Shown: positions 26,729 to 37,879 of the stretch, one piece after another
Numbering within the stretch: position 1 is the first letter of the stretch
Layout of the letters: every line of letters begins with the position of its first letter
Origin: Mobula hypostoma
Taxonomy: Eukaryota
Assembly (NCBI RefSeq): GCF_963921235.1
Contig: NC_086097.1
Location: 248,560,001-248,624,000 of the forward strand
Direction of reading: 5' to 3'
DNA: 64,000 nucleotides
The notes under the pieces: model-generated
Seen by the model: the letters and a program-made list of their open reading frames with translations, nothing else
What the model was told of the DNA's origin: nothing
Database searches by the model: none
Position numbers and translations under genes: made by a program

Positions 26729-27319
26729 TCTTGGCACCTCGTACATCTCTAGCAAAATAGATTGAGTGGACAGGTAGAGACGTTTTCCCAGAGTAGAAAT
26801 GGCTAATGCCAGGGGACATCATTTTAATGTGATTGGGAGAAAGTATAGGGGAGAAGTTTTTTTTACACAGAGAATGGGTGTGTGGAACTCCCCGTAAGGG
26901 TGGTGGTAGATGCAGATATATTAGGGGCATTTACAGTAAGAGACTATTTGTTAGATATATGATAGAAAAATGGAGCATTACGTAAGAAGAACAGGTTAGA
27001 TTGATGTTAGAATAGGTTAAAAGATTAGCACAATTTTGTGGGCTGGAGGGCCTGTACTATGATTTACAGTTCAGTGCTTTGTTTAGAGCCCTAAGCGGTT
27101 CATCGAAAATGCCACTTTGCAACATCTGCTTATTGTAGAGGACCACAAAATCAGTTAAAAATCTTAAGGTGGCCACAGGATCCTACAGTACGATATACTG
27201 TGGTTCATAGAGAATTAAAATTGGAATTTTGAACCTTGGGTTTATGGTAACTATTTCTCACACGTTTAAGAACATGGGTTCCAAGTTTTCAGTGTTGGAA
27301 TCCAACATTGTTGAGGTAA

Positions 27320-27577
27320 CAGTGTGGAATAGGCCCTTCAAGCCACCACACTGCCCAGCAATGCCAAATTTTAATCCTAGCCTAATCACGGGACAGTTTA
27401 CAATAACCAACTAACTTACTTACCAGTACGTCTTTGGACTGTGCGAGAAAACCAGAGCTCCTGGAGGAAACCCACGTGGTCACAGAAAGACCATGCAAAA
27501 CTCCTCACAGGCAGCGGAGGGAATTGAACCAGGGTCACCTGTGCTGTAAAGTGTTGTGCTGACCACTAAACTACCAT
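27320..27577 (-). mobile_element. V-SINE
   Basis: tctttggactgtgcgagaaaaccagagctcctggaggaaacccacgtgg...gggaattgaacc. Confidence 0.8.
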
Positions 27578-28089
27578 GAAACAAATAAGCAAATTCCATT
27601 GTCTGCCTCCCACCCAGTCAATTTCTCTCTCCTTCCTATTCTTCCCCACCAACAGTTAACAGGATTTCTTTATTAAGGTACCAATTGGAGCGTATATTGC
27701 AATATCCAGTGTTAGGACAGCTTTATAACTTCTGTTAAATAGCAAGTAAACTTTGTTACTTTTTGTCTTTCATATCCATGAATTTTTCTTGATGTATCAC
27801 ATCCTAAGTATGTTCACTATTACACAGCAGCCAACATTCATTCACCAGGGACCACATTAAAGTACAAAATCCAAAGTAAATTTATTATCAAAGTACATAT
27901 GTGTCACCATATACAACCCTGAGATTCATTTTCTTACAGGCATTCACAGCAGAACAAAGAAATGTGACAATCAATGAAAAATACAAATAAAGACTGACAA
28001 ACAACCAATGGCAAAAGAAGGCAAACTGCAAATAAAAATAAAGACAGGCCAAGTAATGTTATTTGACTGATCCAAATGTTAAGTATAAC

Positions 28090-28930
28090 TTTACCTCTCC
28101 CCACCCTGCTTTCTGCAGGGATCACTCTCTCCATGATCCCCGGTCCATTCGTCCCTCCCCACTAATCTTCCTCCCTCTGGTGTCTTCCCCCTCCCTTTCC
28201 AGTCCTGAAGAAGATCTTGGCCTGAAACGTCAACTGTTTATTCATTTTCATAGTTTCTGCCTGACCCATTCCACGTCCCATTCCCATTCTGATATGTCTA
28301 TCCATGGCCTCCCCTACTGTAAAGATGAAACCACACTCAGATTGGAGGAACAATACCTTATATTCCGTCTGGGTAGCCTCCAACCTGATGGCATGAACAT
28401 TGACTTCTCAAACTTCTGCTAATGCCCCACCTCCCCCTCGTACCCCATCCCTTATTTGTTTATATACACATTTTTTTTCTCTCTCTCCTTTTTCTCCCTC
28501 TGTCCCTCTGACTATACCCCTTGCCCATCCTCTGGGTTTTTCCCCCCTCCCCCTTTTCCTTCTCCCTGGGCCTCCTGTCCTATGATCCTCTCATATCCCT
28601 TTTGCCAATCACCTGTCCAGCTCTTGGCTCCATCCCTCCCCCTCCTGTCTTCTCCTATCATTTTGGATCTCCCCCTCCCCCTCCCACTTTCAAATCTCTT
28701 ACTAGCTCTTCCTTCAGTTAGTCCTGACGAAGGGTCTCGGCCCGAAACGTCATCTGTACCTCTTCCTAGAGATGCTGCCTGGCCTGCTGTGTTCACCAGC
28801 AACTTTGATGTGTGTTGCTTGAATTTTCAGCATCTGCAGAATTCCTCGTGTTCTGCCTGACCTGCTGAGTTCCTCCAGCATTTTGTGTGAGTTGCTTTGG
28901 GTTTTCAGCATCTGCAGACTTTCTCGTGTT
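28090..28930 (+). mobile_element. Older PLE fragment with a younger PLE (28267-28850) inserted in the same orientation
   Basis: 12-bp TSD ttctgcctgacc at 28255-28266 and 28851-28862. Two hammerhead motifs, at 28200-28236 and 28719-28756. Confidence 0.87.
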
Positions 28931-29295
28931 GATGTTACTTGAGGATAGTGTTATGAGCTGGAAAACAGTTCATCACAGAACAGTACAGTCCTTTGGTAAG
29001 CTTACTACACTGAGCTTACAGACTAAGTTCCACGTTGGCAGGGTATGATCACACAACCTTCTGAAACTTGATGTGAGAATGCTCACTAACTATTGTTACA
29101 TGATCATGTTTTGGCTTTTTTTTGTTTTCTTGTGCTCTTTATACATGCTTGAATGTGAAAGATCTTGGGGAGACTACAGCTACAACAATACTGTTTTTCT
29201 TTGTGGAAGAATTACTATCAACAGAATAGAATTGGATTCTTTTTAAAATCATGTCTTTGTATCTGAAGTGCTATTCTTTCTTGCTGCAAACCCAG

Positions 29296-29414
29296 GAGAA
29301 ACTCTTGCACCAATTAATCCAAATGCCGGGGAGGAGTCAGTGGCGAACCTGGACAGAATGCGGTTTGCCGATGGAAGCACTCGCACGTCCGAGCTCCGTC
29401 TGAACATGCAGAAG
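29296..29414 (+). CDS. sdha: SDHA exon (exon 11 equivalent, 119 nt)
   Basis: cag|GAGAAACT...CAGAAG|gtgagg; [40 protein letters not shown]. Confidence 0.96.
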
Positions 29415-29810
29415 GTGAGGAACAGGGGCAACTTTCAGGAATTACTCAGTCAATATATTTCACAGCTTTTGTATATTATGGGGTAATTGAAGTCACTGTT
29501 GAAAATAGGGGTGCCGGTGTTTAAAAGGCTTTCTATGATTCTGCTTAACTGGTGTCTATTTAGTGCAAATATTAATGAATATTCCTATTAAAACTATTAA
29601 AGATCGGTTAGCGCTTTGAGGTTGACGTTTCCTCCTGCCTATGACTTGGGGTGATGGAATGTCTATGTGAGGATATGAAACATGGTCAGAAATGTTCAGC
29701 ATGGACTAGATGGGCCAGAGGGCCTGTTTTTGTGCTGTAGTGCTGTATGACTCCATGTGCAATGAATGTTTCTGGGCTGAATTGTACAACAGTACCAATA
29801 TGTTCCTTAC

Positions 29811-30130
29811 AGGGTGGTATGGTAAGGTGGCGCTTAGCCTAACAATTTACACCACCAGCAGTTCGGATTCAATTCCTGCTGCTGTCTGTAAGGAGTTTGT
29901 TTGTTCTCCCCGTGATCGTGTGGGTTTCCTCCGGGTGCTTCAGTACCCTCCCACGTTCCAAAGACGTACAGGTTAGGGTTAGTAAGCTGTGGGGATCCTA
30001 TGTTGGTGCCAAAGGCATGGCGGCACTTGCAGGCTGCCCACGGTGCACCCTCAGACTGTGTTGGTCATTGACAGAAATGACACATTTCACAGTATGTTTT
30101 GATGTACATGTGAAAAATAAAGCTAATCCT
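29811..30130 (+). mobile_element. V-SINE variant
   Basis: ggattcaattcc B-box and V domain ggagtttgtttgttctccccgtg...gggtttcctccgggtgc. Confidence 0.82.
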
Positions 30131-30217
30131 TAATCTTCTCAAGGTTGTTCATAACGCTGAGTGGCTTCCTTGCCCCATCGGTGTACTTTCTATGGCGCAG
30201 GGTAGGCCGCGGATATA

Positions 30218-30695
30218 CGTTCAGTGGCCACTTTATTAGGTACGCCTGTTCACCTCGTTAATGCAAAGCATGTGGCAGCAACTCGATGCACAGAAACGTG
30301 CAGGCATTGTCAAGCGGTTCAGTTGTTGTTCAGACCAAACTTCAGAATGGGGAAGAAATGTGATCTAAGTGACAGACCTGAAGGAGGGTCTCAACTCCAA
30401 ACATCGACGGTTTACTCTTTTCCATCGATGCTGCCTGGCCTGCTGAGTTCCTCAGATTTTCTCTCGTTTCTGACTGTGGAATGATTGTGCCAGACGTGGC
30501 AGTTTTGAGTATCGGTGAAACTGTTGATCTCCTGGGATTTTCACACACAGCAGTCTCTAGAGTTTACAGAGAATGGTGCAAATAACAAAAAACATCCAAT
30601 GAGCGGCAGTTCTGTGAGCGAAACCGCCTTGTTAATGAGAGAGGTCAGAGGAGAATGGTCAGACTGGTTCAATCTGACAAGAAGGCGACAATAAA
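30218..30695 (+). mobile_element. Tc1-like transposon 5' remnant, interrupted by a PLE fragment (about 30374-30467)
   Basis: TA|cgttcagtggccactttattaggtac TIR; transposase start MGKKCDLSD at 30347; resumes ...ETVDLLGFSHTAVSRVYREWC...RLVNERGQRRM. Confidence 0.85.
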
Positions 30696-31893
30696 CAGCA
30701 ATATAAAAAGTGTTTTGAAGTGTGTGCAGTGTAGTGGTGGGGTAATAGATGACGATGGGATGCTGACTTCTTGGGGGATGGGGAGAAACTTTTAAGATGG
30801 TGTGAAGTTTTTGTTTTAATTGGGCTTTCTGGAAAGAAGCTGCAGTGATGGTAGACTGCAGCCAATGACCTTTTCTGCTGACATGATAGTTCACTATAGC
30901 TTTCATGTATTGTGAGAGGGTGCTGCAGATTACCAGACACAAATAGCTGATGCAAAGATGTGCTCTATGATGGCAGTGTAGAATTGCACCAGTATGTACT
31001 ACGGAAGGTGGAATTTTACAAACTGCTGCAAGAAATGCATTTTCTGTCGAGTCTCTGTATTAGCCCTATTAAGCCATTTGAAAACTGTGTATTAGATACC
31101 TTTTAATCTTCTAAAATGAAGTAAATGGAGGGGTAATTTAGACAACCTAACCTTTTAATTTAACCCTATAAGTCTCAATGGTGCTTTGACGTCAAAGCAT
31201 GAGAATTGACAGTTCACATTTGTAATCTGTATCGCGAATGGCAAACGTCAGTCCTTGCTCATACTACATTCAAAATGGAAATGATCTTGTTACAAGGGAC
31301 CAAACTGCAATTGCCAGATTTGCATCAGGGTAGCAAGTTAGTATTCTTTGGCTTCAATGATCTAAAATCAGTTATATTTTAACATAATATGGTTTTCAGT
31401 AGCCTAATCCTGCTCCTATGATGTAACCCTAACCCTGAGTCTTTCAAATGGGGAAGGAAATCGGAGCACGCGGAGGAAAGCCACGCAGTCACGGGAGAAC
31501 GTACAAACTCCTTACAGACAGCGGTGGGAATTGAACCACTGATCACTGATGCAGTTATGTGTTACACCAACCGCAATGCTATAGGTTTCTTTATGTAGCT
31601 TCCCTCACACTGGTGCACTCTTCTGAACAAAGTGTAGCTACCAAAAGACATTTTTGCTAATAAACTTATATCTCATCTTTCAAATTAAGCCTTTGCCAGC
31701 TTGCCTCCTTTAGCAGTGTGTTAGCGAGTTGATCATTATTTTAATCAGTAATGAAGGATGTGTTGAAATGATGTCAGTGGTTAAGTGTAAATTTAATTAG
31801 GAAATTAATCGGTTTGAATGGGCTATAAAATGTCTTGATGCTGATTGGGGATGTACGGAAGATTAATGTTCACTTAATTCTTGCCTTCTGCAG

Positions 31894-32005
31894 TGCATGC
31901 AAAGTCACGCAGCAGTGTTCCGCACGGGGTCAGTGCTTAAAGAAGGCTGTGACAAGCTGAGTGATCTATACAATTGCTTGAGTGACATCAAGACATTTGA
32001 CAGAG
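31894..32005 (+). CDS. sdha: SDHA exon (exon 12 equivalent, 112 nt)
   Basis: cag|TGCATG...GACAGAG|gtgaat; [37 protein letters not shown]. Not in the ORF track. Confidence 0.96.
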
Positions 32006-32149
32006 GTGAATGTATTTCCTAAAATAGAAACAAAGGATGCTGGAAATAGACAGCGGATTGGGTAACCTTTGTGGAGAGAGAAATACAGTTAATTGCTGGG
32101 GTCATTGTCCTTTGTAACAAAAGGTTCATGACTTTCTTGATTAATTTAT

Positions 32150-33355
32150 TTATAAGGCTTTAAGGCATTGGTCAGCAGTTTGTGGGCTAATGGCATTTGA
32201 GAGGGACTAGAGGACGTTCAAGAGAATGAGCTTGGGAATGAAAGGGTTAACACAAGTGTTTGAAGGCTCTGGGCCCGTACTCGCTGGAGTTTAGAAGAAT
32301 GACAGGGGATCTCGGTGAAACCTATCGAATGTGAAGAGCATGTTTCTGAAACTGGGAGAGTCTTGGACCAGAGGGCACAGATTCAGAATACAAGGAGATC
32401 CCTTTAGAACAGAGATGAGGAGGAATTTCTTTAGCCAGAGAGTGGTGAATATGTGGAATTCATTGCCACAGACTGCTGTGGTGGCCACGTCATTGGGTGT
32501 ATTTAAAGTGGAGGTTGACAGGTTCTTGATTAGTCAGGGCGTCAGAGGTTGTGGGGAGAAGGCAGAGAAATGGGGTTGAGAAAAATAATAAATCAGCCTT
32601 GATAGAATGGCAGAGCAGATTCAAAGGGCTAAAAGGCCTAACTTTACTCCCATCTGCCACAAGCAGGACTTCCTGGTGGCCAAATATTTCAATTCCGATT
32701 CCCATTCATTTTCCGAAGTGCTGATCCCTGGCTTCTCTTGTGCCAAGATGAGGCCACCCTCCTTATAATCCATCTGGGTACCCTCCAACCTGATTGCATG
32801 AATATCGATGTCTCCTTTTGATAAACAAATTCCCCCTTCCCCCAATTCCCCACTCTGATCTTTTACTTCTCACCTGCCTGTTACTTCCCCCGGGTCCCCT
32901 CCGCTTTCCCTTTCTGCTATGATCCACTCTCATATCAGATTCTTCCTTCTCCAGCCCTTGACCTTTCCCACACACTTGGCTTCATCTATCACCTTCCAGC
33001 TACCCTCTTTCCCTCCCCCTCCCACCCCATCGTTCCCCTTCCTTCTCAGTCCTGAAGGTTTCAGCTCGAAACGTCAACTGAAGAGACCAGTATTGTATGT
33101 GGAGGCCAGTAGGGTGGAAGTAGAGGATCTGAGCCGTTCTATGTTCTTGCAAGCATATACTCGCTCTAAGTTTTAAGAGGAGAAGGATTTCAAGTAGAGG
33201 TGCAAGAAAGGTCAGATGTGGTTAAGGGGTTGTCAATTACGATAGGGGGAAGTTAGCAGTTCATGAAGAAAGATCTTTCTTCAAGGCATTGATGTTATCT
33301 GTGATCATCAGAACCGTTAGGACTATTCCAGAGGAACTGGGAGAATGAAATGGGG
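32150..33355. mobile_element. Cluster of a CR1 (+) fragment and PLE fragments (+ then -)
   Basis: RNFFSQRVVNMWNSLP (CR1) at 32331-32579; PLE 3' region at 32655-33082. Confidence 0.75.
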
Positions 33356-33489
33356 TGGGATCTTCTTTGATTCTGGTTATGAGCAGTTTAGTGGTGAGGA
33401 TCTTGTGATTAATAAGCACAGTACTTATTTCAAATGTGCTGAGTGGTCAGTAAACTGTGTTTAATGAGAGCTTATGCTGTTTGTTTCAG

Positions 33490-33620
33490 GTATCGTTTGG
33501 AATTCTGACCTGATTGAGACCTTGGAGCTGCAAAACTTGATGCTGTGTGCCTTGCAGACGATCTACGGTGCAGAGGCTCGCAAGGAAAGCAGAGGAGCAC
33601 ATGCTCGGGAGGACTTCAAG
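33490..33620 (+). CDS. sdha: SDHA exon (exon 13 equivalent, 131 nt)
   Basis: cag|GTATCG...TTCAAG|gtcaga; [44 protein letters not shown]. Confidence 0.96.
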
Positions 33621-33952
33621 GTCAGAGTCATCTGACAATGTGATGGGATCAAACAACATAACTCTGTTATGTCACATATCGGAGCTGGGCGCTGAATCTT
33701 TACTGCATCAAAAGTGCCTAAAAGATAACCATGGAATACAGAAAAGGCCATGGATAATCAGCAGATCAGATAGCAGTTCTGATGAGGGGTCATTGGCCAG
33801 AAACGTTAGTTAGACTCTTAGAGTACTACATCACAGTAACAGGCCCTTCGGTCCATCTAGTCCATTTTAACTATTATTCTGCCCGGTCCCATCAACCTTC
33901 ACTTGACCATATCCTTCCATCCGTGTACTTATACAACCTTCTTTTAAATGTT

Positions 33953-34772
33953 CAAAGGTACAAGTTAATGTCAGAGAAGCGTATACAATATACGTACATC
34001 CTGAAATGCTTTTTTTTCCCCGCAACAATCCACGAAAACAGAGGAGTGCCCCAAGAATGAACGACAGTTAAATGTTAGAACCCCAAAGTACCCCCCCCAG
34101 CTCCCCTCCCGTGCGTAAGCGGCTGCGAGCAGCAATCCCCCACTCCCACCGGCAAAAATAAAGCACACCCGCTACCAGCACTCAAGCATGAGCTAAGCAA
34201 TAGCAAAGACACAGACTTGCAGTTACCCCAAAGACCACATTGTTCACCTGATAATTCGACATGCTGCAGGCTCTCTCTCTCCTAATAAGGGAGAAAGAGA
34301 TGACTCTATTTTCCAGCGAGCGGGGAGACATAACAAACAACTCACTAGTTTACAATGTCAAAAGTCCGTTACGTTGCGATTTTCGAGCCCTATGCCTGAA
34401 GATCTCAAGGATCCCAGGTCCCCAGGCACACGGCAGATGTTCCGACTCTCCCAACGACACACGGGTCTCCTGTGGCGACACCAACCCTTGATCCACCCGT
34501 CTCCAGTTCCACAAGATGCCAGGCTTCGGAATCCGTGCTGAAATCTTAGGCCAAGCCTTTGGCATGCTGAACAACAACGGCCGATTACGGAACCCCGAGA
34601 GCGGGTCCCATTCCCGGCAAAGAACCGTGGTCAGCGTGTATCTCCAGATCAGGGTCTTCAAAAGAACCTTGAAAGGGAAAAATAGAGATGTTAAAGATGG
34701 AAATGGAGCTGTTTTCGAAGATGCCAGCAAAGGAGTCGCCATTGGGTACCATAACTACTCAGCTCCGCCTCC
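33953..34772 (-). mobile_element. CpG-rich non-autonomous LINE-dependent element inserted in a CR1 remnant
   Basis: Minus-strand 5' end ggaggcggagctgagtag...aatggcgactcc and 3' end ...tctgacattaacttgtacctttg. The flanking CR1 sequence resumes with a repeated aatgtt. Confidence 0.6.
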
Positions 34773-35599
34773 TAACATTGAATGTTGAAATTGAAATTGC
34801 ACCACTTCCACTGGTAGCTCGTTCCACACTCTCCCCACCCTCTGAGTGATGAAGTTCACCCTCCTGTTCCCCTTAAACATTTCTCCTTTCATCTTAACCC
34901 ATGACCTCTTACTCCAGTCTACACAGGAGATGCCCAATCTGCTAAGCAGATTCAGATTCATTCGTTTATCACTTGTACCTCAAAGCATACAGTAAATGCA
35001 TCATTTGTGTTAACAGCCAACGCACTCAAGGGGGCAGCATGCAAGTATCACTATGACAACAGATAAACAAGACTCTATCCTCCCTCCCTCCCACCCATTC
35101 ACTCACTCACTCACGTATTCACTCATATACACAGACACGTCTCCAACCGCAGGACAGACCTCCTACCACCACTTGGCCGTGGACCTGCATATTTTCAACA
35201 TCTGCAATTGTTTTCCTTACCATTAAAACCTACCCTCTGTGAATAATGTTATGAATGTTGAGAACATTTATTGACCTTTCAAATAATTTCCCCTAATTTA
35301 ATCATTGAATTTTAATTCATCTTTTCAGCTTCATTTCCTGGCCTCGGAATAGAATATCTTGTCAGAACCAGGGAAGCTCAGTTATTCACTTTAGTGAGAT
35401 GCCTGTGGGGCGCTTAGAGTAAAGAAATTTCCTCCAGTGCAAGATGCCATCGTGAGGCAAACAAATTAATATCTTTAAAAAAAATCATAGTTGAAGATGA
35501 TTTGCTAGAGGTATACAAAATGATATGAGGCATAGACTGAGAGTCTTTGCCAGCGTGGAAATGGCTAATACAATGGGGCCCTTTTCGGTGGGCTGCGAT

Positions 35600-37310
35600 C
35601 AGCACAGAGTCAAAAAAACAGCACGGGTGCTTTGGGGACTTTTTAGCGAGCAGCAAAGTGACCTGTTAGACACTGAACACCCATTGTGTGAGTGGACAGT
35701 GTTAGAGTGGTCAGGCTTAGGCGGGAACAGTTCTGGGCAAGCTCACTTTCTGTTAATATATAACTAGTCACTGAGAATAGGTCCACAATTAGTGATATGT
35801 TCCTTGTGTGAGATGTGCGAAGTATGGGAGATCTCCAATCTCCCTGATAACTACATCTCCACAAAGTGCACCAGCCTGCAGCTCCTTAGAGACTGTGTTA
35901 GGGAACTGGAGCTGCAGCAGGATGACCTTCGGCTCATATGGGAGAACGAGGAGATGATAGGAGCCCTAAGTTCCAGGAGGGGGAAAGGTAAAAAGGCAGC
36001 CAATACAGAATAGCCCTGTGGCTGTTGCCCTCAATAATAAGTACACCATTTTGGGTACTGTTGGGGGTGGGGGTGGGGGGTTGACGTATGCATGGCTGAA
36101 GAATTGGTGCAGGGGCAGAGTTTCAGATTTCTGGATCATTGGGCTCTCTTCTGGGGAGGTAATGACGTGTATAAAAAGATATGGGTTCTACCTGGACCCG
36201 AGGGGGATCAACATCCCTGTGGGCAGGTTTGCTGGAGCTGTCAAGAATTTAAACTAATTTTTCAGGGGGGGTGGAAGCCAGAGTGATAGGGCTGAGGATG
36301 GGGCAGCTGATGTGCAAGCAGAGGCAGTATGTAATGAGCCTGTGAGGAAGGACAGGCAGATGATAGGGCAAAATTGCAGTCAGTGGGAAGAGTTAAAGTG
36401 TAACAGAAGGTCAAAATTGAAAAGAGTGATGAATACAGGACTAAAGGTTGTATTTCAATGCACAGAGTAAAGTAGAATACTGAATAAGGTAGATGATCTT
36501 ATAGTGCAGATGGAGATTGGCAAGTATGATGTTGTGGGCATTGCTGAGTCATGGCTGAAAAAAATCATAGTTGGCAGCTTAACATCCGAGGATACACATT
36601 TTATTGAAAGGACAGGTAGGTAGGCAGTGGGGGGGTGGTTAATGTATGAGGATAGTTCTGGCCCTTTACTCACTGGAGTTTAGAAGAATGAGGGGGGATC
36701 TCAGTGAAAGCTATTGAATCTTGAAAGGCCAAGATAGTGGATGTGGAAAGGATGTTTCCTAGTCTAGAACCAGAGAGAGCAGCCTCAGAGTAGAGGGACG
36801 TCTATTCAGAACAGGGAGGAGGGAAAATTTCTTTAGCCAAAGGGTGGTAATGGCTGTGCAGGCCAAGTCATTGGGTATATTTAAGGCAGAGATTGATAGG
36901 TTCTTGATTAATCAGTGTGTCAAAGGTTGTGGAGAGAAGGCAGGCAGGAGAATGGGGTTGAGAGGGATGATGTATCAGCCATGATGGAATGGAGAAGCAG
37001 ACGTGATGTTGAATGGCCTAATTCTATGTATATGTCTTATGGTCTTAGAATTTTAAGGTGGTTAGAGGGAGGTATAGGGGAGGTAAGTTTTTTTTTTTAC
37101 AGAGCGTGTTGGGTGTGTGGAACGCATTGCCAGAAGCGGTTGAAGAGGCAGATACATTTGGGACATTTAAGAAACTCTTAGAAAGCCATATGGATGATAG
37201 AAACGTGGCGGGCCATCTGGGAAGGTAGATTGATCTTGGAGTAGGTTAAAAGGTCGGCACAATATCGTGAGCTGATGGGGCTGTACTGTGCTGAAGTCTT
37301 CTGTATTCTA
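35600..37310 (+). mobile_element. CR1 5' region (ORF1 Cys-rich finger and coiled coil) with deleted ORF2 pieces
   Basis: ICSLCEMCEVWE...YISTKCTSLQLLRDCVRELELQQDDL; esterase remnant FRFLDHWALFWG. Confidence 0.78.
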
Positions 37311-37404
37311 TGAAATTGAAAGGCTGGGAATAATTCTCTGTGGGGCCATCTGAAATGTGCAATAAAATAGTTTGGGACTTCCTCATTTCTTTTGTCTCTT
37401 TCAG

Positions 37405-37518
37405 GTGAGAATTGATGAATATGACTTTTCAAAACCATTGCAAGGTCAAGAAAAGAAACCATTCAGTGAACATTGGCGGAAACACACTCTCTCATCTATG
37501 GATCCAAAGACTGGGAAG
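37405..37518 (+). CDS. sdha: SDHA exon (exon 14 equivalent, 114 nt)
   Basis: cag|GTGAGA...GGGAAG|gtgagg; [38 protein letters not shown]. Confidence 0.96.
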
Positions 37519-37879
37519 GTGAGGATCTTTGATTAGTGAACACAGAAGGTTTACACAGACAGATTCCTGGGGTACAGACTGAGATAAGTACCATTCCATC
37601 TGAATAAAGCATTCTTTTGAACAATTAAATGGTTAGTTTTACAAATGCTACAGGCATTAAATATTTTGAATTGCTGGTCACGCAAAGTAGGAAATTACAG
37701 ATACTCTAATTGTGACTTCCAACTGGTAAAGTTAGTTGTCAGTAAACCGTGGGCACTTTGCACAAAGACAGCCGAATAGAACTTAGTGAATTATAACATC
37801 TTGATGGAAAACTCATGTTCTATTTAACATCTATTGTCATTCAATGGAGAAATAGAAATCGCCCATTAGATTAGCGTCC

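Noticed and set aside
31423..31436. Telomere-like (TAACCC)2
   Set aside because: Only two units, lying within a V-SINE variant that carries ggttagggttag (compare 29971-29982).
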